64,000 nucleotides of DNA from an uncultured Candidatus Saccharibacteria bacterium (GTDB lineage Bacteria; Patescibacteriota; Minisyncoccia; Phycocordibacterales; DATDWN01), in contig CAYXZA010000001.1 in NCBI GenBank assembly GCA_964469605.1, positions 6,899 through 70,898 of the forward strand, in the 5' to 3' direction. The notes beneath the pieces are model-generated. The model was given only the letters and a program-made list of their open reading frames with translations. It was not told where the DNA came from and ran no database searches. Positions 29,193 to 39,130 of the stretch are shown one piece after another. The position numbers were made by a program, and so were the translations under genes. Position 1 is the stretch's first letter. Each line of letters starts with the position of its first letter.

Positions 29193-30872
29193 TTACATCT
29201 CCTCTGGAGTTTTTATACCAAGAAGCCAAAGTCCTGACTGCATAGTTTCTTTGAAAACTTCTATTAAGAAGATTTTATATGGAGAATTTTTATCATCTTT
29301 GTCTACTATTTTTTCTTTTGCATAAAAACTATTAAACTCACCTGAAAGCTCTATCAGATATGTACTTATGTATTGTGGAGCATATTTTAGTCCCGCTCTT
29401 TCTATAACAGAATAAAATCTCTCTAAAAGTTTTTCTAGTTTTGTTACTTTCCAATCTTCTGGAATCAAATCACCTGAAACCAAAGACAGATCATTTGCTT
29501 TTTTTAATATAGAATTTGCTCTGACAGCTGAATATTGTAAATAAGGACCAGAATCCCCTTCAAAAGAAAGTGATTTATTGAAATCAAAAATAATATCAGA
29601 ACCGATTGATTGTTTTAATATAGAATATTTTATAGCACCAATAGCAACCATCTGAGCAATTTCTTTTTTCTTTTCATCTGAAAACTCTCTGTCTTTCATT
29701 TTTTCTAATGTTTTTTCTTTAACCTGATTTATCATTGACTCTGCTGTTATAACATTACCAGTTCTACTAGACATCTTTCCTTCTGGGAGTTTTAACATCC
29801 CATGAGATATATGTTTTAATTTACCTTTTCTTGATGGCATAACTTCACCTATGGCAACCTCTACCACATCAAAAAAACTATCTTGCTCATTTGCTGTTAC
29901 GGTAATAGATAAATCATAATCAAAATTTTCTTTTTTTATGAAAGCAAGACCAACTTCTTTTGCTTCATAAGTTGGCAATCCGTCGCTGTTTAAAAAAACT
30001 CTGGTATGAGTTTTAGGTATAAAATTTTCACCTTTAAATATCACTGCTCCACTATCACCTTTTTCAAAAACTTTACCAATATTTTCAGATACAACTTTTT
30101 TACCAATCTCCCCTGACTGACTTTCTAAAAAATGAAAATTAAAATGACTATCTAGTTTTTTATAAATTTCTTCAAAAAACTCAAAACTTTTTTTTATACC
30201 TTCTTTGTATATTAAATTTATATAACTATCAGATTCTTCATATATTTTCTTATTAATTTCATTTATTTCACTTTTTTCCACAAGGTTTTCATAAAATATA
30301 TTTCCTACTGCATAAGCTTTTTTAAAATCATCTGTTTTTTTATTGAAAATAGCCCACACAGCTTTTGCTATATGAATACCTTTATCACCGTGATAAGTAG
30401 CAACTTGCACATCCGCTCCAAGTGTCTTAATAAGTCTTGATATTGACTCACCAATTGCATTGTTCATTAAATGTCCAATGTGAAATTCTTTAAACGGATT
30501 TGGTTGAGTATGTTCTATAAAAATCTTCTTTCCTTTCAAATTGCTCGGTAAACCCTCACCTTTTTTAGTCCTCTTTAAACAATCCCTTATATATTCTTTT
30601 GTTAAAAAGAAATTCAAAAAACCATTTGGTGCAACTTCAACTTTTTCAATTTCTTTTATTTTTTGATTATTTAATTTTTCTACAAATTCAGCGGATAAAG
30701 TCTTTAAATCCTTACCCTCTTTTTTTGCCATCATCAAAGCTACGGTGCTAGAGTAGTCACCAAAAGAAAGGTTTTGATTTGGTTCAATAGAAAAATCAGT
30801 ATCTAAACCCAAAACCTCGGCTATCCATTTTTTTATTATACTTTCTGTCATTTTATTTTCCAGATGAACCAA
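29193..30872 (-). CDS. argS: Arginyl-tRNA synthetase
   Basis: A class I HIGH motif (FHIGHLMNNAIGE) and a C-terminal DALR anticodon-binding-like region. Length 559 aa. Confidence 0.9.
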   Translation of the reverse strand: MVHLENKMTESIIKKWIAEVLGLDTDFSIEPNQNLSFGDYSSTVALMMAKKEGKDLKTLSAEFVEKLNNQKIKEIEKVEVAPNGFLNFFLTKEYIRDCLKRTKKGEGLPSNLKGKKIFIEHTQPNPFKEFHIGHLMNNAIGESISRLIKTLGADVQVATYHGDKGIHIAKAVWAIFNKKTDDFKKAYAVGNIFYENLVEKSEINEINKKIYEESDSYINLIYKEGIKKSFEFFEEIYKKLDSHFNFHFLESQSGEIGKKVVSENIGKVFEKGDSGAVIFKGENFIPKTHTRVFLNSDGLPTYEAKEVGLAFIKKENFDYDLSITVTANEQDSFFDVVEVAIGEVMPSRKGKLKHISHGMLKLPEGKMSSRTGNVITAESMINQVKEKTLEKMKDREFSDEKKKEIAQMVAIGAIKYSILKQSIGSDIIFDFNKSLSFEGDSGPYLQYSAVRANSILKKANDLSLVSGDLIPEDWKVTKLEKLLERFYSVIERAGLKYAPQYISTYLIELSGEFNSFYAKEKIVDKDDKNSPYKIFLIEVFKETMQSGLWLLGIKTPEEM

Positions 30873-31275
30873 ATCCAGTTTGTCCCCTTTTTGAATCTGA
30901 TAAACTATCTACCTCAATAATATTACAATAAATATAAGGTTGTACAATCATTTGCATTACCTTATGTCCTTTTTCAAAAACATAATCATCTAAACCTAAA
31001 TTAACAACACCTAAAACAAGCTCCCCTCTAAATCCGGAATCAATAACACCAGCCAAAACTTTTATACCATTATTCATTGAAAGTCCACTCTTATCCCAAC
31101 AAAGACCAACAAAACCATCTTGTAATTCTATAGATATCCCTGTTCTTATTTTCGTTATTTTTCCCCTTACAGCAACAGTTTTTTCTAAAGCAAAAATATC
31201 CATACCTGCATCACCATCTTTTGCATAAGCTGGCAATTTAGCATCCTTTTCTATTTTTTTAACCTTTAAAATCAT
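30853..31275 (-). CDS. dut: dUTP diphosphatase (dUTPase)
   Basis: The motifs GLCWDKSGL, VIDSGFRGEL and the C-terminal glycine-rich GQTGFGSSG are typical of trimeric dUTPase. The start overlaps the argS stop. Confidence 0.85.
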   Translation of the reverse strand: MILKVKKIEKDAKLPAYAKDGDAGMDIFALEKTVAVRGKITKIRTGISIELQDGFVGLCWDKSGLSMNNGIKVLAGVIDSGFRGELVLGVVNLGLDDYVFEKGHKVMQMIVQPYIYCNIIEVDSLSDSKRGQTGFGSSGK

Positions 31276-31354
31276 ATTCTAATAATAACAAATATGTTCT
31301 AAATAAAAAATAAAGTCAATATTGTACAATAAAAATATATGATAAAATCCATCT

Positions 31355-32251
31355 ATGGAAAAGATAAAACTTAAAAGAATATTGGATATGGAAGAGCTAA
31401 AAAGTTCTCTAAAAAAATTAGAGTTTAGAGGTTTGTATGGTAAAGATGGTCAAAAAATAAGACCTTATGATAAAGCAAAGTTTAGTATTGCAACAGTATT
31501 ACCGGCACCATCCATAGGAGACTCACCAACTATAAAAATAGGAAATAAAAAGGAATTTCTTTTTTCACCTCAGCCAACATTATATCAAAATCAAACTGAC
31601 ATAATAAAAACTGTTGACAATTTCCTTAAACCACACAAAATAAGAATTAATGAATTAAAATACGGAATAGAGTATGACTGGAAAGATAGAGGCACCTTCC
31701 ATATGATACCTCCCATAATAGAAAAACATTCATATCATCTTTCCAATGGTTTTATAGATTTAAATAAATTAATAACTTTATTTAAAAAATTTTATACAAA
31801 AGATTCAGAGGGAAATTTACACCATATATTAAATAGATTTTTAGAAAATTATTTCATAGATGAAATAAGTTCAATAAATAACTTAGACATATTCCATTCA
31901 AATGCCCCTCTTATAAACTATGGAATACAATACAATGGTAAATATGATTTTTATATAATATGTGATGGTTCACACAGAATAGATTATTCAATAGAACACT
32001 TAAACAAACCGATCAATGTAATACTAGTTGAACCAGAAGAAAACCAAAAACTAATACCTTATTATGCATTTCCAATGCCATTTAGACCAACAATACGACT
32101 GTCGAGTAAGCAAGCAGAAATAATATATACAAGATTAGAAAGAGACAAAGTTCATTTATTTAATGATTTTTTAAAAAAAATACTACATTACGATTGGACA
32201 AACACTGGATTAAATGTAAGTAGACTAAGGACTAATATAAAAATAAACTAA
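31355..32251 (+). CDS. Hypothetical protein (first gene of the coupled operon; possible ParB/Srx-like DGxHR motif)
   Basis: Contains ...YIICDGSHRIDYS..., which is loosely ParB/sulfiredoxin-fold like. No P-loop. Its stop overlaps the next gene's start (taATGa). Confidence 0.35.
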   Translation: MEKIKLKRILDMEELKSSLKKLEFRGLYGKDGQKIRPYDKAKFSIATVLPAPSIGDSPTIKIGNKKEFLFSPQPTLYQNQTDIIKTVDNFLKPHKIRINELKYGIEYDWKDRGTFHMIPPIIEKHSYHLSNGFIDLNKLITLFKKFYTKDSEGNLHHILNRFLENYFIDEISSINNLDIFHSNAPLINYGIQYNGKYDFYIICDGSHRIDYSIEHLNKPINVILVEPEENQKLIPYYAFPMPFRPTIRLSSKQAEIIYTRLERDKVHLFNDFLKKILHYDWTNTGLNVSRLRTNIKIN

Positions 32252-33123
32252 TGAACAAAGAAATGTTTAATGAATTAAAGAGCAACCTTAAACTATCTAT
32301 TACAAAAAAAGATGGTTCTTTTAGATCGGTTTCTGTTGCAGTTTCACTTTCTGGAGAAAAATATTTCGGAGGATTAGTTGAATCAGATACAAATACATTT
32401 AATTTACCATCTGAACATATTGCTTTAATGTTATCCACAATATCAAATGATTATAGAGTCAATGAGATTGTTACACTAACCGAAGAAACAGATCACTATA
32501 CATTACCAATCATACTTAAAATAATAATTGATCATTCGATAAGAACTGGACAGTTGATTAAATACACCTTAATTGACACAAAAGGAGATATAATTTTTAA
32601 ACAAGAAAATGTGAGTCTTGATTTTTATAAACCAAAAAATATATTATTATCAAAAATAAATCAAAACCATTCTCCTTATCATAAAAAATTAAACTTAGAT
32701 CAAAATAAAAATTTAGTAGATGAGATTAAAAAATATGCAATTGAAGGTTTAGTTAAAAACTTCCCTCTTTATGATTCAGCTTCTGGTTATGCAACATCGG
32801 TTGTAACTGAAAAAAATGAAATATTTTTTGCCGGACAATATTCCAGTCCAGACAAAAGACTTGGGTTGCATTCAGAAGTAAATTCTATACTTTCATCACT
32901 AATGTATAATAAAGACAAAATAACACACATAGGATTAGTATCAAATAAGTATAAAAATGAACCGTGTCAAATGTGTGGAAATTGTAGACAATTTATTTCA
33001 GAAATTTGCAGTAAATTTAACTTTGATCCTAAGATATACTTATTTGCAAAAGATAAAGATATTTACATTAAACAAAATATTAATAATTATTTACCATCAA
33101 AATGGACAAGCAAAAATTGGTAG
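32251..33123 (+). CDS. Tandem-domain cytidine/dCMP-deaminase-fold protein (degenerate N-terminal domain, catalytic C-terminal domain)
   Basis: Domain 2 has GLHSEVNSI (HxE) plus PCQMCGNCRQF (PCxxC zinc ligands). Domain 1 has YFGGLVESDTNTFNLPSEHIAL, with the cysteine ligand replaced. Confidence 0.65.
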   Translation: MNKEMFNELKSNLKLSITKKDGSFRSVSVAVSLSGEKYFGGLVESDTNTFNLPSEHIALMLSTISNDYRVNEIVTLTEETDHYTLPIILKIIIDHSIRTGQLIKYTLIDTKGDIIFKQENVSLDFYKPKNILLSKINQNHSPYHKKLNLDQNKNLVDEIKKYAIEGLVKNFPLYDSASGYATSVVTEKNEIFFAGQYSSPDKRLGLHSEVNSILSSLMYNKDKITHIGLVSNKYKNEPCQMCGNCRQFISEICSKFNFDPKIYLFAKDKDIYIKQNINNYLPSKWTSKNW

Positions 33124-35516
33124 AAAAAAATACATTTCCATTAATAGATGCAATATTACAAATGCCCCAAGAAGGTACAAATGGAAATATTGCCATCTGC
33201 ACAAACACATCATCTCCCGGACAAGTATTAAACGAGATACCAGAAGATTTAAGGAAATATATATGTATTTTAGGTACTCTTATTGTAAGTCGTGACGGTG
33301 GAGAAAGAATGATTATCAATTCTTTATCCCACAAAACATTAAAATATTTAATTCTATTTTCAGAAGAATCAAACACTTTTTGCCCAAGCACTAATCTATT
33401 ACAAGCACTAATGAATGGCTTTGATCTAACACAAACAGGTAATTATATAAACGATGGTGTAGGAGCTTCATATCACTATCCAAATATTAATGCAAAAATT
33501 TTTGAAGAATTCAAAGAAGAAATCATTGTTTTGCCTATGTTTGCATATAAAAACGAAAAAAGTAAAAATATTATAGAAAACTACCTGAAATGGCTTGAAA
33601 ATAAAATACCGAAAAATCTACTAGATGAATTAATAGAAATTAATAAAAAAGATAAAATCTATTACGATTCATTGAAAATGATCATTAAAACCATATCTAA
33701 TTTAAAAGAAAATATAAAAAAACCCAAAGAACTTGATCCAAAAGATTTTCAACATCTTCAGCCACCTAAAATTTATTTAGACGTATTGCCTATAAAATTT
33801 AATACTTCATTTAAAGTAAGCAGAAAAAATAAAAGTATAAGAGTTGATTTAAAGATAATCTCAGACACCTATTTTATAATTGGAGATGACCCATTTCTAA
33901 TATGCTACTCAATCATGAAAGAGTTAGGAGATAAAAAAAAATACATTTCTCCTACAGATCAAATATTACTAGGGGCAGAGATCGGGAGAGTTAATACTGA
34001 AATACTAAATGAAGTACAATTTCCATCTTTTATTTTAGATAATGAAATTATAGGTGATAAAGAAATAAAAACAGAATCCAATATACAATTAAAAATGGAT
34101 CAAAGATATTACTATAAAATCAATTCCAGAGATAAAAAAATTTCTGTTATGTGTTTATCTTTTGATGTATGTGAATCAGTTTTTGAATTATTATCCAATA
34201 ATCTACCAGAAATGATAGACAGAATATCAAGAGAAAACAGGTTTGAAAATTATGAAATGGATATATTACACAGGATGGATATTGGAGTTCAGCTTGGAAA
34301 AGCTGCTATTGCATCAAAGCTTGGGTACTCATTTATACAAGATTTTAGTTTAATTTTTAAAATTAACAAAGAAAACCTACCAACAACTATTATAGACGGA
34401 GATAGTTTTTTAGATGTCCACAAAGGAGTTTTAAGATCAATATACACACTTGGAATAACCGAAGAGCATGGTGATTCATGGAAAGGATTGGCTCGAACAT
34501 CATCTATATTGGCAATATATAGAAAATCAAATATCTCATTGGAAAAAATACCTGCAATATACAGACAAGGTGATCAAAGCGGAGAAGAAGTTAGAGAAAA
34601 ATACAAACAGCAACTTTTAAGAAAAGATCATGATGGTTCATATTCATACGGCGAAAGAACTAGAACTTATTTTGGTTTTGATCAATTAGAAAAAACTATA
34701 GAAATCCTGAAAAATAACTCAAAATTAGCAACAATCATTCAGAGATTTGATCCTGCAACTGATATGGGAACATATATTGACATAAGCACTGGAAAACAAA
34801 AATTTACTCACGATCCATGTCTAACACATGATATTTTCTTTATACAAAACGACAAACTAAACTCTTTTCACATTGCAAGAGCACATAATGCCGTAAATGC
34901 TTATCCTGAAAATATTTTTGGTCTTTTTGATGCATACATATCAACAATACAAAAAGAATTGAATATACCTTTTGGAGATATGTATATGCTTTCCAATAGA
35001 GCAAATATTTTACTTTTAACAGAGGAACAAAGGACCAAAAAGATATTATCAGAACCATCAAAACCAGTCGGTGACATTGATACAAAATCTGGACCTTATA
35101 AACTAAATACAGATAATAATTTAAATACATCAGGAGGAGTTGCATATTATTTTGACGATATTGTTGAAATAAAAGAAAAACCTAAAAGTAAGATTCTTGA
35201 AAAATTAGAAGATTACGAAGGTGTAAATACAATCGAAAAATCTATTAACTACTTAAAAGAAAAAGGGGTTATACATAACAACCCAGTTATGTCAGAATAT
35301 TATACTGGAAAATCAGACCCCCAAGGTGATAATTTGGTATTTCTACAAATAAATGTTTATGGAGGAAAGGTTTATGCAACAGCAGTGTTTGCAAATAGAT
35401 CAATAGATAATTTATCTGATGATAAAAAACTAATTTCCTATATTGCAACATTGTTTTCAACCAGATTAAATGCTTTATTAGGGAAATTAAGTATATACTA
35501 TGTTGCATATAAATAA
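33102..35516 (+). CDS. Large fusion protein: unknown N-terminal ~480 aa plus a C-terminal thymidylate-synthase/dCMP-hydroxymethylase-like domain
   Basis: The region ~34540-35200 encodes ...IIQRFDP...HDPCLTHDIFFIQNDKLNSFHIARAHNAVNAYPENIFGLFDAYISTIQKELNIPFGDMYM... . This aligns to the ThyA core around its catalytic cysteine, as detailed in the corresponding finding. Confidence 0.55.
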   Translation: MDKQKLVEKNTFPLIDAILQMPQEGTNGNIAICTNTSSPGQVLNEIPEDLRKYICILGTLIVSRDGGERMIINSLSHKTLKYLILFSEESNTFCPSTNLLQALMNGFDLTQTGNYINDGVGASYHYPNINAKIFEEFKEEIIVLPMFAYKNEKSKNIIENYLKWLENKIPKNLLDELIEINKKDKIYYDSLKMIIKTISNLKENIKKPKELDPKDFQHLQPPKIYLDVLPIKFNTSFKVSRKNKSIRVDLKIISDTYFIIGDDPFLICYSIMKELGDKKKYISPTDQILLGAEIGRVNTEILNEVQFPSFILDNEIIGDKEIKTESNIQLKMDQRYYYKINSRDKKISVMCLSFDVCESVFELLSNNLPEMIDRISRENRFENYEMDILHRMDIGVQLGKAAIASKLGYSFIQDFSLIFKINKENLPTTIIDGDSFLDVHKGVLRSIYTLGITEEHGDSWKGLARTSSILAIYRKSNISLEKIPAIYRQGDQSGEEVREKYKQQLLRKDHDGSYSYGERTRTYFGFDQLEKTIEILKNNSKLATIIQRFDPATDMGTYIDISTGKQKFTHDPCLTHDIFFIQNDKLNSFHIARAHNAVNAYPENIFGLFDAYISTIQKELNIPFGDMYMLSNRANILLLTEEQRTKKILSEPSKPVGDIDTKSGPYKLNTDNNLNTSGGVAYYFDDIVEIKEKPKSKILEKLEDYEGVNTIEKSINYLKEKGVIHNNPVMSEYYTGKSDPQGDNLVFLQINVYGGKVYATAVFANRSIDNLSDDKKLISYIATLFSTRLNALLGKLSIYYVAYK

Positions 35517-36177
35517 TACAAACTTTTCAAAAATAAAAATAATCGGGTTTGATCTTGATCAAACTTTATATCCCAAATCCCCTCTTATAGATGAAGCTAT
35601 ACAAGGATATTTATTTGAGGAAATATCTTTACTTAAAAAAATAAGCAAAGATGAAGCAAAAAAAATATTTGATAGTTATTATAAAAATGGCAAAGGCTTA
35701 AGTGGTAGTAAAACTCTTATTCAGATTGGCTTTGGGGAAAATAGAGCAAAAAATTTAGTTCAAGAGGCACTAGAAAATGCTGATATTTCAGAATTTTTAA
35801 AACCAAACAAAGACATACTGAGCATATTAAAGTATTTAAAAAATAAATACTCATCACTTGATATAATAACCGGTTCAAATAAAAAAAATACATTAATCAA
35901 ACTTGATAAATTAAAAATTAACACCTCATTATTTAAAAATATTTTAACTTCTGATAATGCCTCAAAATCCGATTTAGATGCTTATAAAATATGGATGAGT
36001 TACTATCCAAATTTATTGCCTGAAAATTTTCTTTATATTGGGGACAGACCATCTACTGACTATGAAAAACCAAAAGATTTGGGTATAAAATCAATATTGG
36101 TAAACATTAAAGAATTTGATCCAAGCATAAACTGTCTACAACTTAAATCTCTAATTGAGATAAAGGAATATTTATAA
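35500..36177 (+). CDS. HAD-superfamily hydrolase (phosphatase/nucleotidase-like)
   Basis: N-terminal motif I IIGFDLDQTLY (DxDxT). A further HAD motif lies in ...YIGDRPSTD.... The start overlaps the preceding gene. Confidence 0.65.
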   Translation: MLHINNTNFSKIKIIGFDLDQTLYPKSPLIDEAIQGYLFEEISLLKKISKDEAKKIFDSYYKNGKGLSGSKTLIQIGFGENRAKNLVQEALENADISEFLKPNKDILSILKYLKNKYSSLDIITGSNKKNTLIKLDKLKINTSLFKNILTSDNASKSDLDAYKIWMSYYPNLLPENFLYIGDRPSTDYEKPKDLGIKSILVNIKEFDPSINCLQLKSLIEIKEYL

Positions 36178-36188
36178 AAAATTCCAGG

Positions 36189-36743
36189 TCAACCCTGGAT
36201 TTTTTTCCAAACAAAATAACTTGTCTTTTTAGAATCATTTTCTATATACCCATCTGGTTTATAACCATTATCATTTAATACTAAAATAAACCTAAAAAAA
36301 ACATAAACTGTTTTTAGTCCTGGATAAGACTTGGAGTTCTCTTCTTTTGTGGTTACCCCATTGTTTTCAAGAGTATAATTCAATGACTCAATGGATAATT
36401 CTTCTCTAATACACCTTATGACACCCTGATTTGGCTCTTCATTTAAATAGAGTTTTTCACCTAAACTTGTTTCAAGATTTCTTTTTCTTATTCTACCATC
36501 ACTAAATTCCTGCTTTTCTTCAACAAGAATATATTTATTTCCTTTATGATCATTATAGAAAACATCTATTGCAACAACTTTTAAATTCCTGACACACAAT
36601 CCACCTTCATTAATAATCAGTTCAGCTTCTTTCTTTTGAATTTCTTTTAATAAATCATCAATTGATTTCGCACTACCAAAACCCCAATTTGAAGTATCTA
36701 TTCTACTTTTTGAAAGAATTCCTAAAAGTTCTTGTTCTGTCAC
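36189..36743 (-). CDS. Hypothetical protein (weak Nudix-like REELSIE segment)
   Basis: ORF only. GEKLYLNEEPNQGVIRCIREELSI is reminiscent of a Nudix box but does not match it. Confidence 0.3.
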   Translation of the reverse strand: MTEQELLGILSKSRIDTSNWGFGSAKSIDDLLKEIQKKEAELIINEGGLCVRNLKVVAIDVFYNDHKGNKYILVEEKQEFSDGRIRKRNLETSLGEKLYLNEEPNQGVIRCIREELSIESLNYTLENNGVTTKEENSKSYPGLKTVYVFFRFILVLNDNGYKPDGYIENDSKKTSYFVWKKIQG

Positions 36744-36789
36744 TTAAACCTCTCACCTCAGACTATCAGAAAAAAATTAAAAAGTAAAA

Positions 36790-37239
36790 CTAGACTTTAC
36801 AAATATCACTTTCACACAAATCAACCTGAACTGATTGTTTAAAATGTTTCAACTCCTTTTCTTTAATAAAATTTAAAATATCTTCTTTTGATTCATATTC
36901 ATTTAAAGTAAACATTGGGTGATTTATTCCCAAGATAAATGTTGAAACTTTAGTACCTTTTTTATAGAAAGCAATGACTGGTTTACTAAACTTTTCTAAA
37001 GCTAAAGAAATCTCATATCCTAAACTTATAGAAGGATAATCACATATTGCAACAATAAAATCTGACAATAAAACACAGTTTATACTATGTTCATAAACTT
37101 CAACGGATTTTATTTGTTCTAATTCAGTAAAATCTAAAACTTCATATTGTTTTTTTAGATCAAATTTAACCTCTTTTATAAAATTTATAAAATCGATTGG
37201 AGTATTAGTTAAAGAAAGTGATATATAAATCTTTCTCAT
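36790..37239 (-). CDS. Nucleoside 2-deoxyribosyltransferase-like / TIR-like flavodoxin-fold protein
   Basis: N-terminal KIYISLSL. The segment ...ICDYPSISLGYEISLALEKFSKPVIAFY matches the NDT-family pattern (D..S...GxExG.A...gKPV) with a candidate glutamate nucleophile. Confidence 0.4.
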   Translation of the reverse strand: MRKIYISLSLTNTPIDFINFIKEVKFDLKKQYEVLDFTELEQIKSVEVYEHSINCVLLSDFIVAICDYPSISLGYEISLALEKFSKPVIAFYKKGTKVSTFILGINHPMFTLNEYESKEDILNFIKEKELKHFKQSVQVDLCESDICKV

Positions 37240-37399
37240 AATAATTATTTAAAAAAATTAAGTAATGCAAAAGGCGCCTTGCGACACCTTTTACATTTTT
37301 AATTATATCTAAAGACTGGAAATCTGAAAATTAGTTATCCACAATTACACCTTTATGAGATACATTTCCAGTTATTCACATCTATATAATTATCACATA

Positions 37400-37825
37400 T
37401 TACCCTTTAACTTCAACACCCATACTTCTAGCAGATCCTTCTATTATTTTCATTGCAGCTTCAATATCATTAGCATTTAGATCGGGCATTTTCTTTTCAG
37501 CCACTTCTCTTATTTGTGCCTTTGTTATAGAACCAACTTTTGAAACAGCATTTTTACCACTACCCTTTTCTTTACCAATCGCTTTTAGTATAAGAGATGA
37601 AGCAGGTGGTGTTTTAAGAACGAAACTAAATGTTCTATCTTCGTAAACTGTTATTTCAACAGGAACTATATCGCCCATCATCTTTGCAGTAGCATCATTG
37701 AACTGCTTTACAAACTCACCAATATTAACCCCAGCTTGACCCAAAGCAGGACCAGTTGGAGGAGCAGGTGTAGCTTTACCAGCAGATATAACAAGCTTTA
37801 ATCTTTTTGTAATTTTTTTTGCCAT
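37400..37825 (-). CDS. rplK: 50S ribosomal protein L11
   Basis: ...[29 protein letters not shown]..., the L11 N-terminal signature. Confidence 0.9.
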   Translation of the reverse strand: MAKKITKRLKLVISAGKATPAPPTGPALGQAGVNIGEFVKQFNDATAKMMGDIVPVEITVYEDRTFSFVLKTPPASSLILKAIGKEKGSGKNAVSKVGSITKAQIREVAEKKMPDLNANDIEAAMKIIEGSARSMGVEVKG

Positions 37826-37908
37826 AATTTATGTTTTTATCTTTAACTTTCTCGAGAAGCACGAGAAGACTTAATATACATTAAAATACTTATAATTTCA
37901 AATTTATT

Positions 37909-38454
37909 TTAAATTCTTTTTACCTGCAAAAAATCAAGTTCAACAGGGGTTTCTCTTCCAAACATAGATACCAATATTTTGACTTTACCTCTCTGACTAT
38001 CAACATTTGAAACTTTCCCTTCAAGATCTTTAAATGGACCATCTATAATAACCACAGGATCATTTATACTTAGATCAATAGCATGACTTGCTGTTTGAGA
38101 GTTCATTCTAGAAAATAGAGAATCTAATTCTTTCTTTTCAACAGGAACGGGATAAACACCTGACCCAACGAAACCTGTAACACGAGGAGTATTTCTAACA
38201 ACATACCAAGAATCATCAGTTACAATCATATCAACCAAAACATAACCCGGATATATTTTTTCAAGCTCCTCAATTCTTTTTCCACCTTTGATTTTTATCT
38301 TCTTTTCAACAGGAACAACAACATCAAATATTTTATCACCCATAGCTAAGGACTCTATTCTTTGTTTAAGATTTCTCATAACTGCATTTTCATAACCAGC
38401 ATAAGTGTGTATAACATACCAATTTCTACCCTCTTGTATTTGTTGTTTTGACAT
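37909..38454 (-). CDS. nusG: Transcription termination/antitermination factor NusG
   Basis: An NGN domain (WYVIHTYAGYENAV) and a C-terminal KOW domain. Sits in the secE-nusG-rplK context. Confidence 0.9.
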   Translation of the reverse strand: MSKQQIQEGRNWYVIHTYAGYENAVMRNLKQRIESLAMGDKIFDVVVPVEKKIKIKGGKRIEELEKIYPGYVLVDMIVTDDSWYVVRNTPRVTGFVGSGVYPVPVEKKELDSLFSRMNSQTASHAIDLSINDPVVIIDGPFKDLEGKVSNVDSQRGKVKILVSMFGRETPVELDFLQVKRI

Positions 38455-38464
38455 ATTTAATCTA

Positions 38465-38647
38465 TTAATTTAGTAAAAATTTTTCTAATAAAAGATTGAA
38501 ACCAAAATCAAAAACACCTAAAAATATTGAAACAAATATTGAAACAAAGACAGTAATAAGTGTAAAAATTATAGCTTGTCTTTTTGTTGGCCAACTACAA
38601 TGTCCAAGTTCTATGTATGTATCTTTTATGTATTGTATTAAATTCAT
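38465..38647 (-). CDS. secE: Preprotein translocase subunit SecE
   Basis: A 60 aa single-TM protein immediately upstream of nusG. Confidence 0.65.
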   Translation of the reverse strand: MNLIQYIKDTYIELGHCSWPTKRQAIIFTLITVFVSIFVSIFLGVFDFGFNLLLEKFLLN

Positions 38648-39065
38648 ATTATTTATATTATCAAATTTTGGTTTTATAAAAAGGCCTTTCGGCCCGACAT
38701 TTATATATTATATACTATTTAATTTTTTCTGTCAAATCTTAGCTTTTCCAATGTTTTTGATTTTTTCTTCAACAAATACCATAGGTACCATAACAATATA
38801 AATAATGATATTAGAACCAAAGGGTTCATCCTACCACAACCTTCCCAACTCATACATTATTTGTTTTTTACAACAATATAGCAAAACAAAAGGGATTATA
38901 ATCCATTTAAAAATCACTAGAAAAAATGGCTTTATTACATCTTTTATCATATCAGCAATTTCATAAACACCTAAACAAAAACTTAAAAACATTACATAAA
39001 TAAACTCTTTTATTGTTTGTCTCATCTAATAGAGAGTTTCTCACAAATAAAGCAATAAAGCAACT

Positions 39066-39130
39066 GGTTTATTCGAGAAATGTCCAGTAGCTTTGCTGTG
39101 AAGATTGGACGAGGTATCTGCTTTTATTCT
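39066..39130 (+). repeat. Intergenic repeat family 2, copy 1
   Basis: ggtttattcgagaaatgtccagtagctttgctgtgaagattgg...ctgcttttatt. The homologous copy is at 49614-49771. Confidence 0.4.

Noticed and set aside
36189-36743. Nudix hydrolase call for the 184 aa protein
   Set aside because: The Nudix box spacing G x5 E x7 REUxEExGU does not fit (GEKLYLN-E...). Only the REEL fragment matches, so the protein is left hypothetical.
38650-38830. Expected tRNA-Trp or rpmG upstream of secE
   Set aside because: No cloverleaf-compatible sequence is present. The 64 aa ORF 38831-39025 is a hydrophobic peptide, not L33.
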